A stretch of 63,428 bases of DNA, the filler included, from Collodictyon triciliatum (lineage: Eukaryota), in the NCBI GenBank assembly GCA_043381765.1. It is 3 parts of 3 records of this genome, joined end to end, with 100 filler letters (N's around TTAATTAATTAA, not from the genome) between each part and the next. Parts side by side here need not be neighbours in the genome. Positions count along the whole stretch, not along the records: positions 19,139 to 49,558 come from JBHJMP010000266.1; 2 more parts are not named here. One strand, 5' to 3'. This document shows positions 26,975-40,271 of this stretch, in pieces. The notes beneath the pieces are model-generated. The model did not search any database and was not told the origin of the DNA. It saw only the letters and a program-made list of their open reading frames with translations. Made by a program: the position numbers and the translations under genes. Within the stretch, counting starts at the first letter, position 1. The number at the start of each line of letters is the position of its first letter.

Positions 26975-29900
26975 CCTTTATTTCCATATGATCTTCATCA
27001 AAATTGTTGTTATCATTATTTTGGCATTATGATCTTCTATAGAGTTATTTTTTACTCTTGTATGCACAGAAATGTCACACAAAAAAACATGTTATTAACT
27101 TGCAGCTGGTTACTCGGTATCTGCCGTATTAAAAACCCATGCAAATTGCTGCATTATTTTATTTTACTTTATTATTTGGAATAGAAAGCCCACTCATTTT
27201 ATTTCCCCGGATAGTTTTGATGCTGATCGACATTAGCGGCTTCACTAAAATGAATGAGACATTGGCATCCTTCGGGACAGAGGGAATTAACTGTGTTTCC
27301 TTGTAAGAATTGTATATGCTTCATAACTTTTCCATAAACAAAAGGATTTATGGTGGTTTTTTTTTTTAAAACGCTTATTCCAACATAATCACATCATATG
27401 AGCACAAAGCTCATCAATTCACACCACCCCTGGTATATCATGAATTAGCACCAATAATTATTCACCATATATCTGAATAAATATTAGCTGTCTAAACGGA
27501 TTTTTCGGTCATTTGATATCTCTTGTTGATGCTTTTGGAGGAGACGGTTTTTCTTCTTGATCAATAAATGAATTTAAATGAAATGTGTAATCATTCAATA
27601 AATATTAATAATATATTAACTGTTGCTCCTAGTTATCAAAATTGCAGGAGATGCTCTCCTTGTCGTATGGAGGCCTATTAGAGAAAGAAATCCATTCTCT
27701 GAGACACTTACTGCAAGTATTCGAGGGCATTTGTCAGATGATCAATTCTCTTCGTCACAAGCGAGCCTAGAATCTCTTTTATTATTGGCCATAGATTGCG
27801 CTTTGGTTGCCATCGGAACATGCCACGACCATGATTTTACCAAAACCCATACCCTTGTGAAAAGAGCTTTTTCATCACAAAAAAAGGCATTTAACCTTGA
27901 TGTCCATTGTGGAGTTGTTTGTGGTGACATATTTGACGTTGTATGTGGAGGGGTAGATAACTCTTGGGAGAACCTCGTCTGTAGCTCTGATGTATTTGCA
28001 AATTTGACACACTGCTTGAACATGGCAAAAAATGGAGAACTCATGATTGACGAATCAAGCTACAATATATTGAAGGCCTCCACTGGATTTAATCAAGGAT
28101 TTACTTTTTCGTGCAAGGTGAAACATTCTATAGCACCATTTTGCATCAAGCATTTTTTAGTGAAGAAAAATTAAATGAAAAGATGATACATTAAGAGTAT
28201 TCTTTTTGTCATTCACCTCAACCTTAATCAATCTAGTCATTGGACAGGGACCTCCAAATTTTCCAAATTAAAAGGAACGCAGCCATGCCATGTCTGTTTT
28301 TAAGATTGGAACTTGATTTCAATTTGTGAAGCATACAACCCTTTACTTATTCATCATTAATATCAATCCAAAACAGCCTCGCCTTATGCGGACCTTTTTG
28401 GGCTTCAGGCGATATCCGACCACCGGAAGTCCTCCATCATTATCAGTGAAATTGAAATCAACCGAAGAGCAAAGTCACACATGTCAAATACATTCTTGGT
28501 ACAACTCTTACATGAAATGCCTTGTTCCATGATTTCCTTTCAAAAACATCTCTCATAAATACCTTGCACTTATCTTACTTCAAAGTCCGAATAGTAGGTG
28601 CATACGCAACAGTCAATTTACTCACATCCTCTGTTTTGGGTGAAATAATAGTCTTGGGTCGCAGGACTAAATACAGAATTGGATGCCTTCCCAGTTATGC
28701 AGGAATTTGTACCCAAAATAATTAAAAGGAGACTGGAAACAAGAGATGTTCAAGCTGACCCAGAACTCAGAAGATGCAGCATTGTTTTTGTAAGAGTTGC
28801 CTTGAATTTATTACCTTGTGATGATGTATGAAAGTCGTGTCATAAAACCCCCAATGTATCACATGTCCATAGATTGGACTTCATGGTCTAAAGTTTTCCG
28901 GTGTGCATGATGTCGAAATACTTCAGAATTCCATCGTTATTATTCAGCAAGCCATATTTTCAAGAGATGGAATTCTGCGGCAATTTCTTATGGTACTAAC
29001 TATATTGAATCATTTGGAATGCAACATCAATCTTGTGAATATATGTTCCCCATAAATCTATCATAACTGTGGTCATAATATCACATTAGGACGATAAGGG
29101 TTGTGTTGCAATTGGCGCTTTTGGACCTCCAGGGTTCTCGCATATAGGTATTTTACTAATAAAAGGACATACTGTATTTATTCATACTCAAACAAAATGA
29201 ATGAATTATTATGTGTATTTTTTAAAGTTTATAGTTCATGATTCATAGTATTTTGTTTATGTTTTATTGTTTATGTTTTATTGTTTATGTTTTATTGTTT
29301 ATGTTTTATTGTTTATGTTTTATTGTTTATGTTTTATTGTTTATGTTTTATTTATTATTGGAACGATACAGAGAAGATTGTTTATGTTTTATTGTTTATG
29401 TTTTAATCTTTATGTTTTAATCTTTATGTTTTAATCTTTATGTTTTAATCTTTATGTTTTAATCTTTATGTTTTAATCTTTATGTTTTAATGTTTTATTG
29501 TTTAGACGATTGTCTTCGAGCCGTGGAGGTTGCATGGATTGTAAATCAGAATCTTCGTGAAATAGGCAGATGATCATCATTATTTTAAACTAACCCATTT
29601 GCATATACTCCTAAATTTCAACACATGAACAAGTATAAAAAAATAGTACATTAATCATATCCCTACTTGATTTTAGGCATCGAGTGCTCTATTGGTTGTA
29701 CCTCTGGGCGTGTATACTGCGGTGACATTGGAAATATGTCAAGGAGGTATGAGTTTAATTCATTGAATACATCATTAATCTACACTTGCAATGTATCACA
29801 GAAATTAATGCAAATTTAATTGCTATATTGCTTTCTACGATTAGGGAATATGCTTTAGTGGGAGGTAACCTTTAATTCAGTTAGATTACACCCCAAATTT

Positions 29901-31644
29901 TGATGCAATTTTTTTTTCATCGCAGATGTTGTCAATGTGTCGGCGCATTTAATGGGAAACAAGAAAGGAATTTTATGTTCGAATATTATTTACGAAAGTA
30001 CATTCAATTATTTTGACTATGAATTGATTTCTGGAGTAAAAGTTAAAGGTATTGCGCCCCTTAGTATATCATATGTGTTCCACGACGTCTCAGCTCAAAT
30101 AGATTTTATTTTTTTATTTCGAGCTTACATGATATTCTCTTTTTTTTTCTTTTTTAGGCAGGCATGCAAATTATGTTGCATACCGCCCTGTGCGGTATAG
30201 AGGACTCGACCGATATTCCCAAAAAATCAGCAGTCCTCCAATACTGATTGATACAGCATCTTCTCACGAGCGTATAATTGGCCGAAACAAAGACCTATCG
30301 CAATCGTTGGAAGATATGAAAAACTATGTCAAGTTTGCGGAGGAGTAAGCAATGCATGAAACGTGGAATATGTTTTTTTTTCTTTCCTAGTCAGCTGCAA
30401 TCTAATCGCCTTTAAAATTGAATCTAGTGGCTATGGAGATGAAATATCCAGTAACATCAAGTTTGCAAAAGTACTTAATAATTACATGCTCACTTTCCTC
30501 TTCATTATTTCACTTCCAGTAAACTTTCTTGGGTGATTAACTGGACAATAAAATCTAACGCGGCGATATCGTATTCTAGAATATAATTACTGTATCGGGA
30601 CCTTCAGGAGTTGGAAAATCCTACTTTGTTCGGTGCCTCACTGAGAAATTAAAAGGGAACAGCTGTGAAATCTTGAAAGTTCGATGCGAGGACATTGATG
30701 ATGCCTCACCATATTCATCTTGGATTCCCATTGTGAATCAGGCTCTCGATAAGCACGTCATACTAGGAGATGTGACTCGAGAAATGGTTTAATTTTTCTC
30801 ATAATATATCAAGTGTCATAATATTCCTTCTATTTTCTTCTACAGCAGAAAAAGTATGAAGAATGTTGTGCCATAGGTTATCGAGAGGATTCTTGGTAGC
30901 CAAGTTTCGTCAAAGTCCTCGGGGGATGTATGCCTCCCTAAGGACATTCTTCAGACTTATGCTCCATTACTGAACCCTATACTCGGGTTAAAGTTTCCGG
31001 AATCAAATGAAATTTTCAACATAGAGCCACAAACCAGAGCACAACATATAAGATATATTCTGAAAAAAATCATGCTAATATCCTTGGGATTTAGATGTTC
31101 GTATTTTGTTTTTACAGACATTGAAAGGTAAATATATTTTAGTATATAAACTTTGGTATTTAGATGGTATTGTATTCTCTTTTTTTTTCTTGTCTCAAAA
31201 ATATGGAAGCATTTAACTGATTAAACTTATTTATCTGAGGAAGGAATACTTTTTATTTTTTTATTATTTTATTTTTATTATATTAAATTATATAAAACGA
31301 CAAGCCTTATTTCCTAAAAATTTAATTACGATATAGAATGGACGCATGTTCATTGAAACTCCTAGAGGAGATGTCATCCATCGAACGTACAGGCTTCTAC
31401 ATCGTGACTTATGACCCAGCGTTGTGCAAGGATATCGAGAGCACAATATTAAGCATCCAAGGGGATATTCATAAATCTCGAAAGGTAGAGATTGGACCAC
31501 TCACTCCAAAGGAAACAACCGAGTTTATAGCACAATTTTTTTCGGTAACGTCTGTCCCCCATGACCTTTCGCAACTTGTGTATGATAAATCTATGGGAAT
31601 GCCATTCGCAATTAAAGGTACGCCATGACATTCATAGCAGTTTT

Positions 31645-31741
<97 letters not shown>

Positions 31742-34700
31742 ATTTCTTCATTTCTTCATTTCTTCATTTCTTCATTTCTTCATTTTGTTTGTTTGTTTTT
31801 CTTGAATTTATCTTAACCATTGGCTTCCTATTTGTTTTTAAAAAAAAGAAACTCACCCTTTTTTTCATAGAATATTGTCAAGAACTTCTGTCTCTTAAAG
31901 CATTGACGGTGGATAGTGGTCTAGTCAAGATGAACCCCAATGTTCAATATCCTACCCTGATTTCAACAAACATGGACACCTTGGTAAGATGCAACGGGGT
32001 GCTCTCCTTGTAATAATTGTTTCTCTAAAATTTTATATGAAACAGATTTCCAGGAAAATTACTAGACTTGATCCTAAGACACGTGAAATACTACAAGCAG
32101 CCAGGTTTGAATGCTGATTTATGTTTACGTTTCTGCGTATTTCAATACTGTAAGGCTTTCAAATTCTGGCTCACGCATCATTTTTTTATAAACCAAATCT
32201 GAGGTGTTTCTCATCATGTATCCTCATGTGTTGCGTTATGATATTTCTAGCGCGTACGGCCTTGTTTTCCATTTGGAAGATGTATCAAATCTTATAGAAA
32301 CATCTTCTCCTGAGGAAATATCCGAACTTCTCCATCAAACTGCTCTTTTTTCGTTGTTGCATAAAGTTGCTAGGGATGATGTTTTCCGGTTCCAAAATTC
32401 TGTCACTAGAGATTCTATATGTAAGTCTTCATCACTAATTTGCACTATCGTAACATACTTGATTAAAAAATATATTTGGCTTGGATGAATCACATATTTT
32501 AAAAGCCCTGATTTTTATCTGCTAACATGCATTTTCAAAATAGATAACATGATTCCTGATTACGTAAGGAAAAATTACCACGAGAAGGTGGTGTTTCAAT
32601 ACGAGTCCAAAATGAAGAATTCACCCAAAAGAATGCCAGAAAAACTGGGCTATCATTATTCAGCAGGAGGATTTCATGAGAGGGCTGCACGTTTGCACCC
32701 TGAATTACTTCCTTTCATTTGTTTAAATCAATATTTGATTCACTCTTATGCTCTTAAGTTTTGTCCCTCCCTTCCCCATAACGCATAAGTTGCAAAAGAT
32801 ATTATCTTATTATTATCATTTTTACACTATGTAATATGGTAATAGACTACATGGGTATCGCTGCTGAGACTGCCTTTCAGTGGTGTGGGTTTACTGATGC
32901 CATACGGGTATCTAATGCAATTTTTTTTTAAAAAAAAAATAATAATAGTTGATATGTCGCTTAAAAGCCACTTACCTTCACCGCCCTCCTTCTTCCTTCT
33001 ATTTGAAAACAGATAATAAAGGAAAGAAAAGAAAAGGAGGGAAAATCCTGCTCATCATTACTTCGATCATATCAAGTCATATTATACTCTGTTAATACAA
33101 ATAACTGCATTTATCACAGCTCTTTCGTCAGGCCTTTCTATCTCTATCGAAGGTAGATAATCACATACAAGACCACTCACGGTCGAAAAGATGGATTTTT
33201 TTGAACGCAGAGTCACTTTACTTCAACGGGAACTTTGAATCTGCAAAACAGTGAGCAACAATTGGCCCTATATGCTCTATTAAAAAATTATGAGACCGCT
33301 TCAATTATGATAAGTTGTAATACAAATATTATTCTTCCTTTCAATTTGTGCGGAATGATGAGGATGGTAATGTTTGTGGTTTGTAATAGGGAATATATAA
33401 AATACTTGGATGCTGTTGGGTTCCGTACACCATCAACTTCTGGCATTTTCATGCTCAAATCCATCAAAATGCTGATTGGAGATATCTTGGATGTTTACAG
33501 AAATTCTCAACAATCCTCATCCAATCAAGTATCGCCGGTGGATGGCACTTCCTCAAAAATTTCAATTAGAGTTGAATCTCAATCACAACTTGATCATATG
33601 ATGATAATCCAGGGCCCATCAAATAAATTTGTGAACCGAAGATCATTTCTATATGTATCTGAAAAGTCTGAAGAAAGTTCATACGCATCATCAAAGTCCC
33701 TTACTATCAACACTCATTCGTCGATTATCAAGTCATGCATCAAAATTGCAAAAATATACATGCATAATAGAGATATGACAAAATCTCTTTACTACTCACT
33801 AAGAGCTAAGGGATTGTGCGAGTCACAGGATTTAGCAACCGATAAGCTGCAATCAATGGCTTTAATATCTTTGATAACGGATTCCATGAATCAATTTTGG
33901 ATTTCCAGGTTCGTCTCCCAATACTAATGCTTATTCTAATATTAATTTTTAGTTATATGCCCTGTCTGAATTAGTTGGAGAGCCAATATATTCAGTTCCA
34001 CCTTTTTGCTCAAGAATTTAGTGTGATAAACATACCATCATATGTATCACAATCCACAAATAGAATATACAGCCTCAGAACTTTTGATGTTTTGAAATCA
34101 AAGAACTTGTTCGACCTGTAAGCCCACATACTTTTCATATTTCTATGGCACACTTTCAGCCTACCATAATAATTAAATATCTCATTTAACGGTATCTGAA
34201 CGCGTGTAGACTGGATGATAGCAAAGAGATTATATCCACGGTCTGGTATACAACTATATCTCTTTGCTCACATGGGAAGTTTGAAGAATCCTCTGAGCAT
34301 TTGAAACAGGGGATTGAGTTCGCGGAAGCTTCCACAGACTTTGCAAACCAAGTGACCTTTCCTCAATCGTATTTTAAGACAAAAGTATCACATTGAACTC
34401 CTGGTTTATAGGATTATTTATTTTTCCATTTATTCGATTCAAAGAAGATTATTTTTATGGGATTCCTTTTTATTGTTTTTATTGTTTTTATTGTTTTTAT
34501 TGTTTTTATTGTTTTTATTGTTTTTATTGTTTTATTTTTCAATGAGAAAAAACAAAAATGAGATGCTTTTCTCGATATAATGCCCCATGTTAAAATAAAC
34601 CTCGTGATAGAAAAAGTATAGTAATCTACTCATCCATACATACGCCGTTTTAATATTATCTTCACCTTATTGTAGTTCAAGCTGTATACGATTCTTGGAA

Positions 34701-35850
34701 ACTACTACGGTGTCAAGGGCTCCCCAGATGAGTCTTTCTATTTCCTCGACCGGTCCCAGCTTTTGTCACTGGAGCTCGGCGATGTCAAGTATCAGATATG
34801 GTGCACCACCCAGAAAGCATCCATATATTCAAGATTTGGATTTGGGAATTATGAAGAGATTCGGCATAAGTGAGCTGAGATTCGGAGCTTCGAAATTCGA
34901 TCATAATTCGAAGTAATCATATAGTGATATAATCGCATTCAACTTACTCTCTCTTACAATATCGCTAGGCTGCTGTCGTTTTCAAAATACTATTCAAGCT
35001 CTCTGAAAAAGGAAAGAAGGATGGAAGACGACCTATACTTTGTTACCCTGTCGCTGATACTGAATCATCCGGTTTTTTCAAGAAAGGTACATAAGTGACC
35101 ACCACATCTTCATATTTAATGTCACCTTATAGTAGTAATCTTCTCTCTATAGACCGATTGAATGACACAGCAAGTTTTTATCCACATGAATCGAGCAAGA
35201 CACTGAACCACCACAAAATCAGATTCTCGAGTCAGTCTTGTCAGCCGGGAGGATAAAGTCCACATTCGAGTATGCTCCGGTGTCCTTTTCTGTACTGTCT
35301 GTCCTGCGCCATGTCTCGAAGAGTCGAAAGGACCAGGATGTCTTGACTGCCGCAGTTGTGCATTTACTAGAAAAGACAGAACTTGGCAATTCTTTCCCGG
35401 GACTAGCGGATGAGCTTAGTGATGAACTAGGAGACCTTAGTAGACCAGAAAAGGATACCAGGCTTGTGCGGTCTGTATTGGGAGTACTGGAAGCGCATTT
35501 TAAAGGGAGGGGATTCACCTTTCCAAGCATATTTCGGTGCTATGCATACCTTTATCAGATTGAGGGACGAACTCAGAGGGCGGATGAATTTTTTTACAAG
35601 TATTATTTTGTGTATGACAATAGACTAATTTTATTTTATTTTTCTAAACTTTTTTTTTTCCTTTATTCGATTCAAAGATTTTATTTTTCTAAACTAAAAG
35701 GCCAATCACCACTCTGGAGGAGCTTTCTTCAGCTTTGCAATTTTAATTTGGTATTCGACCATGCGTATGCAGAACAGAGGTGCATATAATATCTGTTTTT
35801 CAACCCACAATATATGCTTATCTGCGAAAATCGCTGCTTGGCTCCGATGA
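26773..35850 (+). CDS. Soluble adenylyl cyclase-like (ADCY10/sAC-type) protein: two class III cyclase domains, STAND-like P-loop NTPase, helical C-terminus
   Basis: C1 VLMLIDISGFTKM and VIKIAGDALLVVW; C2 RQFLMDDKG, IGCTSGRVYCGDIG, REYALVGDVVN; Walker A GPSGVGKS near 30600; GMPFAI; LGYHY. Start and last exon are uncertain. Confidence 0.85.
35633..35695 (-). mobile_element. Family B micro-insert with 18-bp TSD
   Basis: ATTTTATTTTTCTAAACT (35633-35650 and 35678-35695) flanks T9-CCTTTATTCGATTCAAAG. Confidence 0.9.
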
Positions 35851-36037
35851 ATATACCCACATACCCTCATACACACACAGGGGAGTATTATTTATCCCCA
35901 CAAATTCTATCTCAAACTAAGGAAATAAAAAAACAGAATAATTAATCAGCTCATTTGATTGTAACGAAGCATGCCGAAAAAATTGCTTAGTCTTTCCGAA
36001 TGTCATGCGGCTGGCTTTTTTGCTTCATTTTTTCTTC

Positions 36038-36352
36038 GTTTTTGATTTGTTTTTGATTTGTTTTTGATTTATTTTTTATTTGTTTTTGATTTATTTTTGA
36101 TTTATTTTTGATTTATTTTGATTTGTTTTTGATTTGTTTTTGATTTGTTTTTGATTTGTTTTTGATTTGTTTTTGATTTGTTTTTGATTTGTTTTTGATT
36201 TATTTTTGATTTATTTTTGATTTATTTTTCACTTTGAATCGAATAAAGGAAAAAAAAATTTTTTTTTGATTTATTTTTGATTTGTTTTTGATTTGTTTTT
36301 GATTTGTTTTTGATTTGTTTTTGATTTGTTTTTGATTTGTTTTTGATTTGTT
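36038..36352. repeat. 11-bp (TTTTTGATTTG/A)n array interrupted by a family B insert at 36230-36258
   Basis: Directly visible; CACTTTGAATCGAATAAAGG-A9 sits inside the array. Confidence 0.9.
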
Positions 36353-36465
36353 TTCTTTTATTCATGCGACCTGGACACCCACTTTTATCCCATATTTTCT
36401 GAGAATAATCGAGAAAGTAGCGTGTGCGATTTTTTGTGGACTTGCTGACGACGCTGTATATCGGT

Positions 36466-39400
36466 TTATCTTCTCGACTTCTCGGCCCACTCTGGGAAGG
36501 AGTCCAAGTCAATATCATACACCGCGACACCCAGGGTGTACATGCACCCAGTAATAAGAAACATGCCGATGATGTTCAGAAAGAATCCAGTATATGCCAT
36601 TTGGCGGATAGTCACTGTCCCTGATGTTTATTTAGAGTAAGAAAACACCATGAAGGAAGTAAAAAAATATTGCCGTTTTGCATATTTATTCTGCCTTACA
36701 TATATCTTATATTTTGAGAAAAATATATATATGTTTGAATTATTTGTAAACAAATCATGATCGATTGAAGAAGCGTATTTTTAACCATGTCTGCAAATAC
36801 ATCAACGCTCCTTATATCTCGGTGATATAATACGAGATAGGTACCTGTATTGTATGCGATTGCGTTGGGTCCGGTAGCGACGGGGAACATAAAAGCGTAT
36901 GACGCTGTTATCGTGGACGGGACCATTAGAAACCGCGGGTCGATTCCTGTTTTGTTAGAGAACAAGGTTTGAAAATGCAGAGAAACGGGTGTTTCAGATT
37001 TGGACAGTGTTCAGCTGAAATGACAAACAGTGGCTTATGTGTATAATTGGGTTGTGTCTCGTACTTATTCCAACGGCGAGCTCGGCAATTATCGGAAGAA
37101 ACAGAGCTGTTGCGGCCGTGTTTGAGACAATTTCGGTCAGGGACGCCATGAAAAAGGATATGAAAAACAAAATCCAAAATGGCGGAAGGAAGTCCACTTG
37201 GCTAAGGAAATCTCCGACGATTTTCGATAACCTACAGTTTGTGTGTGTATTGGATGTTCTCATTCATGTGCAAATTCACTCATGTATATTGATTTGATAT
37301 TTGCTATTTATTTTTATTTTAAGAGGCGGGTGGGAAGATGAGTGGATTGCAGTGCAAATAGTATGGCATATTTATTTGATTTACAATGCTTTTGTATTAG
37401 TGTTTTCTGGCCAAATCTATATTCATTTTGGTATGTGTTTTTTATGTTATATATTCTTTTGGTTTATTTTAACAGAAGATCAAAATGTAGTTACCCTGAT
37501 TTCTCAAACTCCCTTGATAATGCAAAACCACCGCCGACAAAGACAAACAACCCCCATGGCAGCGATTTTATGTCGTCTAATTCAAGAATCCCCTTTGGCG
37601 AGTACGGTTTATGTGGGATTATAGATAGGAGTATGCCCATTGCAATCTATTGTAAATGTCGATTCAGTTTAAATTATTATCGGCATCTTTACAAGATGTA
37701 TCGGAGACAAAAAAAACACTTATAAACATCTGAAATTAATCATATGAAGAAGTAAATCAGAAAAGCCTGGTTCTCAAATAAATATTAATCAACAAAGGTC
37801 ACTAAGTTTTGTATATGTATATAACTTACTGGCGGAGTGGAGTCAGTAATAAAAGGCGTCCAAGACCAGCCATTCATAAAATCTGGGTCTCTAAAAAACC
37901 ACAGGAACGCTGTAAATCCAAGAGCCATCAATACCACGCGCTCTGCAAACTTCATCGGACCGAGATTATGAAGCTGCAGTTGTATGTAAAGTCAGTTGTT
38001 TTTTTTAATCGAATAAAGGAATAAAAAAAAAACTCAACTTTATTTTTGTGAACGAGGAACACCATGAAAAAAAAATTTTTTTCATGCCATACACTTGCTT
38101 ATCTTTTTTTTTTTTTAAAAAAAAAAACCTGCTCCTTTAGTTCGGTCATATCTATGGCTGGAAGATTGTCCCTTTGCTTCCAACAGTATAGACGCACGAT
38201 GTATATCCATATTATTAAGTTGAACAGTACCATAGCTGGGACAGCAAAAAATGCCCAACGAGCGAAAGAGACCTGTTAGCAAAATTAATGGGTTTAATCC
38301 ATTTTATTTTCTAACATTGACTATTGTGTTCATGAAATGGAAAAGAAAATAGTCACGCAAAAATTTTATATTGAATTATTACCGAGGGAGCCCCTGGGAA
38401 AAGTTTGCTCAGTTGGCCAAGAAAAATGACTTGAGATATCTGAGTACGGATTATTGTTTTTATCATTATTGCTATTGCTGTTATTATTAGTATTCACTTG
38501 AGTACAAAAAGCAGACAAAAACTAAGGAAGCAAATATATAAACCAATAGCTTACGGTGCCCGTGAGGGTCGCAGTTCCCCCAACAGAATTCGCGTATGTG
38601 ACGGCAAGTATAAGTCCTGTGGAAAAAGATTGGAACGCATCACGGTGTGCATCTGTTTCGACTGTAGTTTCTAGCTTTTGGATAATAGCTGTGGCCATCG
38701 ATGTCTACATTGTTTTCACTCATTTAAAATGGGAAATTCTTTTATTCATAGGTACACGCGATGATGAATCCATTCAACTAAATACGATTTTTAATTAAAG
38801 AATTGTTGAGAAATGGACCATGATGAGGGATGTCGAAATGTTGTCAATCCACATGGACATGAAGCCAGATGCTACGATAAACGACATAATAATCCTTCTT
38901 GGGTCTGAACCCATAAAAGCAATGATGTTCAGTGCAATCCTTGTGTGCAGATCGAATTTTTCTGCCCCTTTCGCCAACATGCCTATAAAGCAAGGTAAAC
39001 TAAGTTCTTTTTGTTTAAGGTGATTAAGAAAAAGAAATGGTAAATTCACTACCAGTTTAATTCTATAGAGAAAAACTTTCATACCAAGGAGAGTATTTTT
39101 TTTGTTTGTCTCTTATTCAATTATTCCTCGTTATGAAATATGACATATGAAAAAATTAAAAAAACTAGTCCTTGAGAGAGAAGCTAACCTGACCCGATGA
39201 ATATAAACGATACATCATTGAAGTATAAACGGGTCACTTCCTTTCCGCTCATGAGGTCAAACATCGGGAAAAGGGCGATGGGAATTAAACTTATAATCTC
39301 CATCGGGATGGCTTCAGAAATCCTACAAAGTGATAAGTTCATTACAAGAAAGAATGGGAGAAATAAATGCAAATGTCTACCCATACGATTGAAGTACGAC

Positions 39401-40271
39401 ATGGTTTTTAAGAATATTAAAGAAGGAAACCCCGCAGCTTTGGTTTTTGACGGCAATATATAAGGGAAAAGAAAGGAAATGAAAAGGAAATGAAAAAGAA
39501 ATGAAAAGGAAATGAAAAGGAAATGAAAAGGAAATGAAAAGGAAATGAAAAAGAAATGAAAAGGAAATGAAAAGGAAATGAAAAGGAAATGAAAAGGAAA
39601 TGAAAAGGAAATGAAAAAGAAATGAAAAAGAAATGAAAAAGAAATGAAAAAGAAATGAAAAAGAAATGAAAAAGAAATGAAAAGGAAATGAAAAGGAAAT
39701 GAAAAGGAAATGAAAAGGAAATGAAAAGGAAATGAAAAGGAAATGAAAAGGAAATGAAAAGGAAATGAAAAGGAAATGAATTTATACCACAACACAGCCA
39801 TAAAGATGGTGATTCCAGCTGCCAGGATTGCATCCCTGTCTTCGTGACCCGACGAAGCTACTAGGAAGGGAAACCCACACACAAATGCCAATAGAAGCTT
39901 CAGACATCTCTTTTTCAGCATCCTAAGCTCCTTCTATCACGAATGAAATGCAGTGCCGTCAGCACAATAACTCCTTTGTGTGGCCATGAGTTATTCTATG
40001 TCTACTCTAAACGTACCTCCTGCTGGACACTTGTGTCTGACACGTTTTCCGCAGGTGAGAATAGGTTCTCTGGCTCGGGAGAGTAGGCCTCATCGCTGTT
40101 CTCCTCTGCCTGCTTGACAGAAGTACTGTGCTTCGGAGCTGCGGGGGAGTTGCTGAGGTCGCCGAGCTCCACAGACGGAAGAGCCTCGTCTTCAGTTTCG
40201 ATGTCAGGAAGCGCCGCCGTAGAGTCGGGCTCGACTGGAGTGTACCTCACCTTGCGCCCTTTCTTCCTCAT
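36466..40271 (-). CDS. SLC13/DASS-family (sodium:)dicarboxylate/sulfate transporter
   Basis: WISEAIPMEIISLIP; LHTRIAL; YANSVGGTATLTGT; GGGFALS; TEIVSNTAATALFLP; ASYAFMFPVATGPNAI; ends FPEWAEKSRR*. Confidence 0.93.
39467..39780. repeat. Intronic 11-bp (GAAAAGGAAAT)n array
   Basis: Directly visible. Confidence 0.95.
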
